Notes under the pieces: generated by a model
What the model saw: only the letters and a program-made list of their open reading frames with translations
Told to the model about the DNA's origin: nothing
Databases searched by the model: none
In this document: in pieces, positions 9,266 through 18,684 of the stretch
How positions within the stretch are numbered: position 1 is the first letter of the stretch
Layout: the number at the start of each line of letters is the position of its first letter
Position numbers and translations under genes: made by a program
Assembly (NCBI GenBank): GCA_021816865.1
Contig: JAKAWX010000003.1
Location: 34,681-98,680, forward strand
Reading direction: 5' to 3'
Origin: Thermoplasmata archaeon
Lineage (GTDB): Archaea > Thermoplasmatota > Thermoplasmata > Lutacidiplasmatales > UBA184
DNA length: 64,000 bases

Positions 9266-10162
9266 ATGACCGGAACCGAGCCCCGGCCGACGCTGCGGAG
9301 CCGCATCGCGCACGGGCCGATCGTCGTGGCGCCCGGCGCGTACGACGCCCTCTCGGCGCGCCTCGTCGAGCAGGCCGGCTTCCCGGCGGTGTACGCGAGC
9401 GGCGCCGGCGCGTCGTACAGTCTCCTCGGCGCTCCCGACATCGGGCTTCTCTCCTTGGCCGAGATGCGCGACCAGGTCGCCCGCATCGCGAACGCGGTCC
9501 GCATCCCCGTGATCGCCGACGGCGACACCGGTCACGGGAACGCGCTCAACGTCCAAAGGACCGTCCGCGAGTTCGAAGCGGCCGGAGCGGCGGCGATCCA
9601 GCTCGAGGACCAGACGTTCCCGAAACGGTGCGGCCATCTGAGCGAGAAGACCGTCGTTCCTCGCGCCGAGATGGAGGGGAAGGTCCGGGCGGCGGTGGAC
9701 GCCCGGCGCTCCTCCGAGACGCTGATCATCGCACGGACCGACGCCCTCGCGGTCGAAGGGACGGCCTCCGCGATCGCTCGGCTACGGGCGTACGCCGGCG
9801 CCGGCGCGGACCTGCTCTTCCTCGAGGCCCCGCCCGACGTCGACACCATGCGGCAGGCGTGCGCGTCCCTCGAGTGGCCGATGATGGCGAACATGGTCGA
9901 AGGGGGAAAGACCCCGCTTCTGACCACGCGGGAACTCGAGGAGATCGGCTACCGCCTTGTGATCTTCCCCGGGGCCGGGGCGAGGATCGCCGCGTACGCT
10001 CTTCGGGAGCTCTACACGACGCTCGGACGCGAAGGGTCGACCTCCTCGATGCTCGACCGGATGCTCCTCTTCGACGACCTCAACCGGGTCGTGGACCTCC
10101 CGGGGATTCGTGCCTCCGGTCGAAAGTACGAGCCCGACTCGGCCGGAGCCAAGACGCCATGA
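9266..10162 (+). CDS. Isocitrate lyase/PEP mutase superfamily lyase (methylisocitrate lyase / dimethylmalate lyase-like)
   Basis: APGAYDALSARL, IADGDTGHGN and QLEDQTFPKRCGH motifs. Confidence 0.8.
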   Translation: MTGTEPRPTLRSRIAHGPIVVAPGAYDALSARLVEQAGFPAVYASGAGASYSLLGAPDIGLLSLAEMRDQVARIANAVRIPVIADGDTGHGNALNVQRTVREFEAAGAAAIQLEDQTFPKRCGHLSEKTVVPRAEMEGKVRAAVDARRSSETLIIARTDALAVEGTASAIARLRAYAGAGADLLFLEAPPDVDTMRQACASLEWPMMANMVEGGKTPLLTTRELEEIGYRLVIFPGAGARIAAYALRELYTTLGREGSTSSMLDRMLLFDDLNRVVDLPGIRASGRKYEPDSAGAKTP

Positions 10163-11445
10163 GCCGACCCCAGACGCAGATCGAACGGATCCTCTCGCGC
10201 CATTCCACCGAAGCGCCCGGACGCGCCGTCGACCCCGACGATTTCGTGGAGGTCGAAGTGGACCGGCTGGTCCTGCTCGACATGGCCGCGACCCACCCCG
10301 AGTTCCTCGCCCACCTCCCTCGCCGGGTCCATCGGCCCGAGCGAGTCGCCTGGGTTTTCGACCACCTCGTCCCGGCCCCGACCGTCGAGCTCGCCTCGGG
10401 TCTCGTGAAGCTCCGGGAGCTCGCCCGGCGCTGGGGGATCTCGCACGTCTTCGACATCGGCCGGGGCGGTATCTCGCACCCGCTGGTGGCGGAGCGGGGG
10501 TGGGTGCGACCCGGCGAGATCCTCGCCAACACCGACTCCCACACCTGCGCCGCGGGGGCGCTCGGCTGCGCCGGCCGCGGGGTCGGGATGCTCGAGGTGA
10601 TGAGCATCCTCTGCACGGGCCGCACCTGGTACCGGGTCGGTGAGACGGTCCGCGCGTCCCTGAGCGGTCGACTCCCTGATGCGGTCGCGGGAAAGGACGT
10701 CTTCCTTTCGCTCGCGGGCGACCTGGGAGCGATCCCCGGCCGCAATATCGAATTCGCGGGCGACGGGATCGCGGCCCTCCCGATCCCTACGCGCCAGGCG
10801 ATCGCCACGATGTGCGCGGAGATCAGCGCCGAGTTCGCGCTCTTCCCCTGCGATGCCCGTGCCCTCGACTACGTCCGGGCGCGGGTTCCGTCCGGCGAAC
10901 CCGTCGAGTCGGTGGGCCCGGATCCCGAGGCCGCGTACGCAAAGGAGTGGACCGTCGACCTTGCCACCGTCGTGCCGCTGGTCGCCCTGCCGCACCGGGT
11001 CGCGCGGAACGTGCGGCCCGTCTCGGAGGTCGAAGGCGTGCCGATCACCCGGGCCGTCGTCGGGTCGTGCGCGAACGGGACGATCGAAGACCTCGAGGAG
11101 GTCGCCCGGGTGCTGCACGGACGGGCGGTGCATCCCGATGTCGTCTTCACGGTCACGCCCAACACGGCGGAGGTCTTCGCGGAGGCCGCGCGCCGCGGAC
11201 TGGTCGACCGGATCCTGGCGGCCGGCGCGCTCGTCACGAGCCCCACCTGCGGGGCCTGCTTCGGGGGCCACATGGGAGTGCTGGGAGACGGAGAGGTGTG
11301 CGTCACGAGCACGACCCGGAACTTTCAGGGCCGGATGGGCTCCCCGAACGCGAAGATCTACCTCGCGTCGAGCGCGACCGTGGCGGCGAGTGCGGTGGCG
11401 GGGCATCTCGCCGACCCCCGGGGCATCGCCCGAGGCCCCTCGTGA
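10159..11445 (+). CDS. Aconitase-family dehydratase large subunit (LeuC/HacA/DmdA-like)
   Basis: ATGA overlap at 10159-10162. Motifs NTDSHTCAAGALG, GSCANG, CGACFGG and TTRNFQGRMG. Confidence 0.85.
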   Translation: MSRPQTQIERILSRHSTEAPGRAVDPDDFVEVEVDRLVLLDMAATHPEFLAHLPRRVHRPERVAWVFDHLVPAPTVELASGLVKLRELARRWGISHVFDIGRGGISHPLVAERGWVRPGEILANTDSHTCAAGALGCAGRGVGMLEVMSILCTGRTWYRVGETVRASLSGRLPDAVAGKDVFLSLAGDLGAIPGRNIEFAGDGIAALPIPTRQAIATMCAEISAEFALFPCDARALDYVRARVPSGEPVESVGPDPEAAYAKEWTVDLATVVPLVALPHRVARNVRPVSEVEGVPITRAVVGSCANGTIEDLEEVARVLHGRAVHPDVVFTVTPNTAEVFAEAARRGLVDRILAAGALVTSPTCGACFGGHMGVLGDGEVCVTSTTRNFQGRMGSPNAKIYLASSATVAASAVAGHLADPRGIARGPS

Positions 11446-11927
11446 AGCTGGTCGGCCGGGCCTGGGTCTTCGAGGACGACATCAACACCGACCTGCTCTA
11501 CCCCGCCGCCTGCTTCCGTCTACCCGCCGCAGACCGGCCCGCGCTCACGATGAGCGCGAACCGCCCGGGGTGGTCGGGCCAGGTGCGGCCCGGTGACCTG
11601 CTCGTCGCGGGCGCGAACTTCGGCACCGGCTCCTCGCGTCCGGCGGCGGACAACCTGAAGGCGCTCGGGATCGCCGGCGTTGTCGCGGAATCGATCAACG
11701 GTCTGTTCTTCCGGACCGCGATCAACACGGGACTTCCCGCGCTGGAGGCCCCGGGCGTGCGGGCGTTCGTGCGAGAGGGCGCGGTCGTCGAGGTCGACCT
11801 CGACGCGGGGACGATCCGCGCGGACGGACGCGAACTGACGGTCAAGCCGCTCCCCGGCTTCCTCGCGCGGATCCTCGCGGACGGGGGGCTCATTCCCCGA
11901 CTTCGCAAGGAAGGGTATATCGACTAG
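11442..11927 (+). CDS. Aconitase-family dehydratase small subunit (LeuD/DmdB-like)
   Basis: GTGA overlap at 11442-11445. Motifs GRAWVFEDDINTDLLYP and GANFGTGSSR. Confidence 0.8.
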   Translation: MKLVGRAWVFEDDINTDLLYPAACFRLPAADRPALTMSANRPGWSGQVRPGDLLVAGANFGTGSSRPAADNLKALGIAGVVAESINGLFFRTAINTGLPALEAPGVRAFVREGAVVEVDLDAGTIRADGRELTVKPLPGFLARILADGGLIPRLRKEGYID

Positions 11928-11956
11928 CGGCGCTCCGCCCCCTCCGAGGCACGCGA

Positions 11957-12646
11957 ATGCATCCATGGGACGCGACGCTGGGAGAGCTCGATCGGCAGGT
12001 CATCCGCGCCGCCGGCTACGGCAAGGAGCGCCCGTTGGGGAACTCCCCGGTGCTGCTGGTCATCGACGCGCAGTACAACTACGTCGGCGAGGACCTCCCG
12101 ATCCTGGAGTCGATCCAGAAGTTTCCGACGAGCGTCGGCCGCTCGGCGTACGAGGCGCTGCCCAAGGTGCTCGCGCTCGTCCGCGCCTTCCGGGAGAAGA
12201 AACGGCCCGTCCTCTTCACGACCGTCGCGCCGAAGGAGGCCCTGCTCCCCTTCTCGATCAGCGGCCGCGTCCACGCCGACCGCCGGTCGGAGACGCTCGT
12301 GGCGGGTCACAAGGGCACCGAGATCGTCGAAGCGCTGCGGCCGGAGCCGGGGGAGCTCGTCCTCGACAAGGCGTTCGCGAGCGCCTTCCTCGGGACCCCG
12401 CTCGCGACGATCCTCACGCTCCAACGCGCCGATACCGTGGTCGTCTGCGGAGGGACCACGAGCGGATGCGTCCGCGGAACGGCCGTCGACGCGGCGGGGC
12501 TCGGCTACAGCGTCGTCGTCGCCGAAGATGCGGTCTTCGACCGGATCCAACTCTCCCACGCCGCGAACCTCCTCGACCTCTGGATGAAGTACGCGAACGT
12601 GTTCCGGGCCCAGCGGGTCGTCGACTGGGTGCGCTCGCTCCCATGA
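11957..12646 (+). CDS. Isochorismatase-family hydrolase (amidase-like)
   Basis: VLLVIDAQYNYV and VVVCGGTTSGCVRGTAVDA motifs. 229 aa. Confidence 0.8.
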   Translation: MHPWDATLGELDRQVIRAAGYGKERPLGNSPVLLVIDAQYNYVGEDLPILESIQKFPTSVGRSAYEALPKVLALVRAFREKKRPVLFTTVAPKEALLPFSISGRVHADRRSETLVAGHKGTEIVEALRPEPGELVLDKAFASAFLGTPLATILTLQRADTVVVCGGTTSGCVRGTAVDAAGLGYSVVVAEDAVFDRIQLSHAANLLDLWMKYANVFRAQRVVDWVRSLP

Positions 12647-14028
12647 GCGAGCTCGTCCTACGCAACGCCCGCCTCGTCTTCCCCCATGCGGGGGTCGTGG
12701 AGGGCGAGGTCGGGGTCTCCGGCGGCCGTATCGACGCGGTGGGGAAGGACCTCGGTCGCGGCGACCGCGAGGTCGACGTGCACGGCGCCTTCGTGGGCCC
12801 GGGGATCGTCGATCCCCACACGCACGTCGGGATCTACCGGCCCGCCGAGGAGGATGCCCGGACCGAGTCGGAGTGTGCCGTGCGGGGCGGCGTCACGACG
12901 ATGGTCACGTACTGGCGCGTCGGCGAGCCCTACACCGACGGCCTCGTGGAGTACGGCCGCGCGTTTCCGGCGTTCCGCGCCCGGCTCGAGGGACGGATGC
13001 ACGCCGACTACGCCGTCAACCTCGGGATGCTGACCCGCGCGCACCTCGCCGAGGTCCCCGACCTCGTACGGAACGAGGGCGTCACGACCCTCAAGTACTT
13101 CGCCCACTACGAGGGACGGGCCGATATCGGGCGTGACCTCGATTCCGGGTACTTCTACTCGCTCGCCGAAGCGGTCGCGCGCCTTCGGCGCGACGTTCCT
13201 GCCGTGCGGCTGAGCGTCCACAGCGAGGACCCGTACATCGTACGGGAGGCGACCGACCGGGAGAAGCAGCACGGCGGGAACGACCTCGAGGCGTATCGCC
13301 GCTCGCGCCCCGAGGTCGCGGAAGCGGTGGCGGTCGCCCGGCTGGGGGAGACCGCCCTCGCGACCGGGGCACCCGTCTATCTTCCTCACGTGAGCTCCGC
13401 GCTCGGATACTCCCGGGCGGCCGAATACGTCGCCCGGGGCGCCGACCTCACGATCGAGACCAGCCTCCACTACCTTACCCTCACGAGCGACGGCCCGGCG
13501 GGCCTCCTCGCGAAAGTCAACCCTGCCGTGCGGCGAACCGAGGATGTCGAGTCCCTGTGGGCAGCGGTCGCTCGCGGCGGGCTCCGCTGCATCGGCAGCG
13601 ACCACGCCTCCAACCTGCGCGCGGAGAAGTCGGAGCTCTGGAGCGCGAAGCCGGCGTTCGCCGGCACGGGCCTCCTCCTTCCGCTCCTCTTCGAGGAAGG
13701 GGTAGTCCGTCGCCGGGTCCTCTCCCCCGAGTCCCTGTGGGGGATCCTCGCCGAGAACAACGCGAAGGCGCACGGGCTCTTCCCGCGGAAGGGAGCGCTC
13801 GTGCCGGGCGCGGACGCCGACCTTGTCGTCGTCGAGAAGCTCGCGACCCCCCGGCGCGTGACCGCGGAGTACGTGCACTCGGCGGCCGACTACTCCCCGT
13901 ATGAGGGCCGGGAGCTCCGCTACGCGCCCACCCGGACGTTCGTGCGCGGGGAGCTCGTCGCGGACGAGTCGGGCGTGCGTTCGCCGGGAACGGGCGCCTA
14001 CCTGCGCCGTCCCCTCGGGCCCGGTTGA
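12643..14028 (+). CDS. Cyclic amidohydrolase (hydantoinase/dihydropyrimidinase/enamidase-like)
   Basis: ATGA overlap at 12643-12646. Motifs GIVDPHTHVG, GSDHASN and VPGADADLVVV. 461 aa. Confidence 0.85.
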   Translation: MSELVLRNARLVFPHAGVVEGEVGVSGGRIDAVGKDLGRGDREVDVHGAFVGPGIVDPHTHVGIYRPAEEDARTESECAVRGGVTTMVTYWRVGEPYTDGLVEYGRAFPAFRARLEGRMHADYAVNLGMLTRAHLAEVPDLVRNEGVTTLKYFAHYEGRADIGRDLDSGYFYSLAEAVARLRRDVPAVRLSVHSEDPYIVREATDREKQHGGNDLEAYRRSRPEVAEAVAVARLGETALATGAPVYLPHVSSALGYSRAAEYVARGADLTIETSLHYLTLTSDGPAGLLAKVNPAVRRTEDVESLWAAVARGGLRCIGSDHASNLRAEKSELWSAKPAFAGTGLLLPLLFEEGVVRRRVLSPESLWGILAENNAKAHGLFPRKGALVPGADADLVVVEKLATPRRVTAEYVHSAADYSPYEGRELRYAPTRTFVRGELVADESGVRSPGTGAYLRRPLGPG

Positions 14029-14044
14029 ACCGGCCCGTCGCCGC

Positions 14045-15424
14045 CTACGCCGCCCGCGCGCGAACGAACTCGCCGCGCGCCGGGAGGTCGGGGACGCTGC
14101 CGGGAAACGTCCCCTCCGCGACCGTCACGCCGCGGCTGACCGTGCGCACGGGGACTCCCGTGAGCGACCAGCCCTCGAACATGGTGAACTCGCTGTGGTG
14201 GTGGAGCCCCTCGTTGCGGATCTTCGTCGTCGCCTTCGGGTCGACGAGAACGAAGTCCGCGTCCGAGCCCGGCAGCAGGACCCCCTTGCGAGGATAGTAG
14301 CCGAAGCGTCGCGCCGGTCCTTCGGCGAGGAGGTAGAGGAGCCGGTCCCAGTCGAGACGGCCGGCGAACGCCTCTCCGAGCATCACCGGGTACATCGTCT
14401 CGCTGCCCGGAAAGCCCGGCGGGATCGCGAAGATGTCCTCCGCGCCCGGCGCTTTCTCCGAGCTCGGCGCGGCGTGGTCGGAGGCGAGGAAGTCGACCGT
14501 CCCGTCGCGCACCCCGGCCCACATCGCCTCGACCTCGGCGCGGCTCCTGAGCGGAGGGTTGACCTTCGCGTACGGTCCGCGGTCGCGGTAGGCCGACGTG
14601 TCGAAGAAGAGGTAGTGCGGGCATGTCTCGACCGAGAGGTCGGCGCCGGCAGCCCGGGCCGCGCGCACGGTGGGGAGGGTGAATCCGCTCGACAGGTGTA
14701 CGATGTGCACCGCGGACCCCGCCGCGCGTCCGATCCGCGCCACGCGGGCGACCGCATCGTCCTCGGCGAGGGTGGGCCGGGAGTCGGTGTACACCTCGGG
14801 CGTCGTCCGTCCGGTCTCCCGGAGGCGGCGGGTCGCCTCCGCCACGATCGACGGGTTCTCGGCGTGGACCTCGAGCGGAGCGCCGGTGCCGGCGAGTCGT
14901 TCGGCGACCGCCAGCAGGGTCGCGTCGTCGCACGCGGTGTACTCCCCGACGGGGTTCCAGCCCATGTAGACCTTCACGCCCGCCACGCCGGCCCGCACGA
15001 GCTCGGGGATCTCGGCGAGGTTGCCGGCGCAACCGCCCGCGTGAACTCCGAAGTCGACGAGCGCGTTCGCCCGACCGAGGGCGACCTTCGCCTCGAGCGA
15101 CGCGAGCGTGAGCGTCGGCGGGCAGTGCGGGGGTGTCGAGGCGGCCTGCTCGACGAAGGTCGTGACCCCGCCCGAAGCGCAGAGCCGGCTGCCCGTTCCG
15201 ATGTCGGTGCGCTCCGGCCGGCCGTAGGTGAAGTGCGTGTGCGTGTCCACGGCCCCGGGCAGCAAAAGCTGGCCGTGGGCGTCGATCGTCCGGTCCGCGT
15301 TCGGGAGGTGGACGTCCTTCGCGATCCGCACGATGCGGCCGCGCTCGACGGCGAGTCCCGCCGCGACCCATTCGCCCCGCCAGCGAAGTCGCGCCGACCG
15401 GACGATGAGGTCGACCGGGCTCAC
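14045..15424 (-). CDS. Cyclic amidohydrolase (allantoinase/hydantoinase/dihydroorotase-like)
   Basis: The GTG at 15424 overlaps the stop of the upstream gene. Motifs LLPGAVDTHTHF, ASDHAP and LPGSDADFVLVDP. 459 aa. Confidence 0.85.
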   Translation of the reverse strand: MSPVDLIVRSARLRWRGEWVAAGLAVERGRIVRIAKDVHLPNADRTIDAHGQLLLPGAVDTHTHFTYGRPERTDIGTGSRLCASGGVTTFVEQAASTPPHCPPTLTLASLEAKVALGRANALVDFGVHAGGCAGNLAEIPELVRAGVAGVKVYMGWNPVGEYTACDDATLLAVAERLAGTGAPLEVHAENPSIVAEATRRLRETGRTTPEVYTDSRPTLAEDDAVARVARIGRAAGSAVHIVHLSSGFTLPTVRAARAAGADLSVETCPHYLFFDTSAYRDRGPYAKVNPPLRSRAEVEAMWAGVRDGTVDFLASDHAAPSSEKAPGAEDIFAIPPGFPGSETMYPVMLGEAFAGRLDWDRLLYLLAEGPARRFGYYPRKGVLLPGSDADFVLVDPKATTKIRNEGLHHHSEFTMFEGWSLTGVPVRTVSRGVTVAEGTFPGSVPDLPARGEFVRARAA

Positions 15425-16260
15425 GCCGGGCCGCCCCCCAAGCGAGCGACGACCGTCCCTCCGGGGTTCGTCCAGCCCGAGCGGAAGTAGAACGCGGACT
15501 CGATGCGACGCGGGGCGAGGGGGAGGAGTTCCTCGTTCTCCGCCGGGTAGAGCTCGAGCTCGCCGGTCCCGCGCCACACGTCGGTGACGACGCGGCCGGT
15601 CGTTTGCACGCGGACCAGCTCGTGGAGCGAGGGCGGTTGGCGCGGGTCCACGCTCGGGAAGTAGCGGACCCCGAAGTAGGTGCCGAGGGAAGGCAGGTCC
15701 TCCGGCCGAGCGGGTTCCTCGAGGGTCACCCCGGCGAAGAGGATCCGCTCGCCGTGCCGGGAGAGCACGCCCCCGAGCCGTGCGCCGGCGACGGCCGGTT
15801 TGAGGGTGGGGTGCAGCGGGTGGAGGCGAGTCATCCGCACCTGGGCCACCTTCTTCGGCCACCCGTTGAACCACCCGCGCATCATCGACCAATCGTGGTC
15901 GGTCCAGATGAACGGGAGGTAGACGCCCGACTCGCCCCGATACTGGCAGGGGACCGTCACGATCGCCTCCCCGTACTGGGTCGCCTCGGGCTGGCGGTAG
16001 GCGAGGTCGGCATCGCGGTCACCGACCGAGATCACCTCGGTGACCCGGACGGTGACCCGGTCGGGCTCGGGACCCGGTTCGAGCGGGGCCGGCAGGACCC
16101 GGCGAACGGCCTCCGGGTCCGCCCGGTACACCAACTGGATCACGTCGGACGCAAAGTGCCAGGGCGGATGGTCGACGAGGGAGCTCTTTCCTTCGGGACC
16201 GAACGGGGGAGTATACCCGGCACCGCCCGACGGGATCAACGGCCGCGGAAGCTCGGTCAT
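15421..16260 (-). CDS. Acetoacetate decarboxylase (ADC) family protein
   Basis: ATG at 16260. Motifs PPWHFASDVIQLVYRADPEAVRRVLPAPLEP and MMRGWFNGWPKK (compare the family's GRE.wGfPKK motif). 279 aa. Confidence 0.75.
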   Translation of the reverse strand: MTELPRPLIPSGGAGYTPPFGPEGKSSLVDHPPWHFASDVIQLVYRADPEAVRRVLPAPLEPGPEPDRVTVRVTEVISVGDRDADLAYRQPEATQYGEAIVTVPCQYRGESGVYLPFIWTDHDWSMMRGWFNGWPKKVAQVRMTRLHPLHPTLKPAVAGARLGGVLSRHGERILFAGVTLEEPARPEDLPSLGTYFGVRYFPSVDPRQPPSLHELVRVQTTGRVVTDVWRGTGELELYPAENEELLPLAPRRIESAFYFRSGWTNPGGTVVARLGGGPA

Positions 16261-16274
16261 CGCACGGCCCCCCG

Positions 16275-17021
16275 TCAGGCGGAAGCGCTCGCCGCCGTCT
16301 CGGCTCGGCCGAGGTACGCTTCGAGTACCGCCGGATCCTGGCTCGCCGCCCGAACGTCGCCGCTGAACAGGAGCTGGCCGTGGTGGAGGACCAGGACCCG
16401 ATCGATCAGCTGGAAGAGCGACTCCACGACGTGCTCGGTGACGAGTAACGTGACCCCGCGAGCGTGGATCCGCCGGATGATCTCGACGATCTCGGCGAGC
16501 TCGGCCGGGTTGAGCCCGGCCATCACCTCGTCGAGGAGGAGGAGCTGCGGGGACGCGGCCAGCGCTCGGGCGACCTCGAGCCTCTTTCGCCCCGCGAGCG
16601 TGAGCTCGGTCGACCGTGCCGAGCGGCGGTCCGCGAGGCTCGTCATTTCGAGGACTTCGTCGACCGTCAGCGCGGCGGGGTCGCCCTTTCGGCGACGGCC
16701 CGCGCCGAAGAGCGCGCCGACCCGTACGTTCTGCTCGACCGTCAGGTCGGGGAACGCTTGGGCGAGCTGGAAAGTCTGGACCAGCCCGTGATGGCAGCGA
16801 CGGTGGGGCGCCCACCGAGTGACGTTCGTGCCCTTGAAGACGATCCGGCCGCTGGTCGGGGCGAGCATGCCCGACAGGAGGGCGAACAAGGTGCTCTTGC
16901 CGGCGCCGTTCGGTCCGATCAGCCCCAGGATCTCTCCTTCCGCGATCTCGAAGGTGATGTTCGAGACCGCGGTCACCCCCGCGAACCGCTTCGTGAGGGC
17001 TTCGCCCGCGAGTAAAGCCAC
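16275..17021 (-). CDS. livG: ABC transporter ATP-binding protein (LivG-like)
   Basis: LTKRFAGVTAVSNITFEIAEGEILGLIGPNGAGKST and LLLLDEVMAGLNP. The GTG at 17021 sits about 29 nt from a TATA-like ctttaag (17048-17053). An alternative GTG lies at 17108. Confidence 0.8.
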   Translation of the reverse strand: MALLAGEALTKRFAGVTAVSNITFEIAEGEILGLIGPNGAGKSTLFALLSGMLAPTSGRIVFKGTNVTRWAPHRRCHHGLVQTFQLAQAFPDLTVEQNVRVGALFGAGRRRKGDPAALTVDEVLEMTSLADRRSARSTELTLAGRKRLEVARALAASPQLLLLDEVMAGLNPAELAEIVEIIRRIHARGVTLLVTEHVVESLFQLIDRVLVLHHGQLLFSGDVRAASQDPAVLEAYLGRAETAASASA

Positions 17022-17337
17022 GGCGGCGGCCGAACACGATGCGTCCCTTAAAGGCTCCGGGACTTCGAGCTCCTGCGAGGGGGCCGGTCCCCCGCAACGA
17101 GACCGCACTCGACCGTGTCCGCACGACCGAGTCGCGCTGCTCGCGGGAACGGACGCGGATCTCCCGCGAGCGGGTGCGGTCGTGCGGGAGCGGGTCGTTC
17201 CGAGGCCCGCGGCCTCCGCCGGCGGTCAGGAGGATTGTCGGTCGACGACGGGTCTCTGCGGTCTCGTCCCGTTCCCTCGCCCGAGTGGAACGTTCGGGAA
17301 AAGAGCGGGTCGCCGTGCCCCTACGGCCGTACGGCGG

Positions 17338-18675
17338 TCACGCGAGCTCGGCGAACAACTGGTGCGGGTCTTCGAGATAGGCTTTGACCGTCGCGAGGAA
17401 CTGGGCCCCATCGATCCCGTCGACCACGCGGTGATCGAGCGAGACCGAGAGGTTCATGATGTCGGCCGGGCCGATCGTCCCGTCCGCCCGGTACACGGGC
17501 CGTCGCTGGATCTTGTGGACCCCGAGAATGCCGACCTCGGGGTAATTGAGGATCGGCGTCGCGAGCAGCCCGCCGAGCGCCCCGAGGCTCGTGACGGTGA
17601 AGGTGCTGCCCGTGAGCTCGGCGCGGCCGAGCTTCCCCGCCTTCCCCCGCTCGGCGAGCTCCTGGATCTCTCGGGCGAGCTGCGAGACGCTCTTCTGTTC
17701 GGCGTTCCGGACGACGGGCACGATCAGTCCTTCGGGGGCCGCGGCCGCGATCCCGATGTGGTACGCCGAACGGACGACGAGCTCTTCGTGCGCATCGTCC
17801 ATCGTCGCGTTGAGCCGGGGGTGGGCCTTGAGCCCAGCGACGACCGCCTTCACGATGAACGGCAGGAAGCTGAGGCGGGTACCCTGCTTTTCCACGTGCT
17901 TGGCCATCCGGTCCCGAAGCCGCACGAGCTCGGAGACGTCGACCTCCTCGACGTAAGTGAAGTGCGCGGCCCGGTGCGTCGATTCCGTCATGTGATCGAA
18001 GATGACCCGACGGATCCCCCGGATCGGGATCCGTTCGCGGACCTCGGCCGCGGGGAAGAAAGGGCCTCCGGAAGCCGTGGGGGCCGCCGTACCGGTCGTG
18101 CGGGGCGTCGGGACGGGGGCCCCCGGGGTCGGCGCGGCGGAGCTCAGGGGCGCCGACGGGGCCGTCTTCTCCGCCGGGGCGTCGGCCAGGTCGGCTTCCG
18201 TTATCCGGCCGGCCGGCCCGCTCCCCTTCACGGTCGATAGGTCGATCCCGCGCTCCGCGGCGAGCCGCCGCACGTAGGGCGACGCGAGGAGGCGAGCGGG
18301 ACCTGAGCTTCCGCCGGGCAACGCCCGAGCCCCGGCGCCTTCCCCCGGCGGGGACGTTGACGAGGGGCGCGGCACCGCCGCGGGCGGAGCCGAAGTCCCG
18401 CCGCTCGGAATAGGAGCCCCCGGGCCGGGCGGACCGCCCGGGGTATCGATCGTGACGAGGAGACCACCGACCTTCACCTTGTCACCGACCTTCGCGTGCA
18501 GGGTCGCGATCCGACCCGACTTCGGCGACGGGATCTCGACGTTCGCCTTGTCGGTGAGGACGCTCACGAGAGGCTCGTCCTCGCGGATCGCATCGCCTTC
18601 CTTAACGAACCACTGGACGACCTCGCCCTCCGCGACCCCTTCGCCGATATCGGGAAGGCGGAACTCGAACGCCAT
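17338..18675 (-). CDS. 2-oxoacid dehydrogenase complex E2 (dihydrolipoamide acyltransferase)
   Basis: Lipoyl domain with LTDKANVEIPSP, a Pro/Ala linker, a peripheral subunit-binding domain (ASPYVRRLAAERGIDL), and a catalytic domain with LSVSLDHRVVDG. Confidence 0.9.
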   Translation of the reverse strand: MAFEFRLPDIGEGVAEGEVVQWFVKEGDAIREDEPLVSVLTDKANVEIPSPKSGRIATLHAKVGDKVKVGGLLVTIDTPGGPPGPGAPIPSGGTSAPPAAVPRPSSTSPPGEGAGARALPGGSSGPARLLASPYVRRLAAERGIDLSTVKGSGPAGRITEADLADAPAEKTAPSAPLSSAAPTPGAPVPTPRTTGTAAPTASGGPFFPAAEVRERIPIRGIRRVIFDHMTESTHRAAHFTYVEEVDVSELVRLRDRMAKHVEKQGTRLSFLPFIVKAVVAGLKAHPRLNATMDDAHEELVVRSAYHIGIAAAAPEGLIVPVVRNAEQKSVSQLAREIQELAERGKAGKLGRAELTGSTFTVTSLGALGGLLATPILNYPEVGILGVHKIQRRPVYRADGTIGPADIMNLSVSLDHRVVDGIDGAQFLATVKAYLEDPHQLFAELA

Positions 18676-18684
18676 CGTCCCCTC

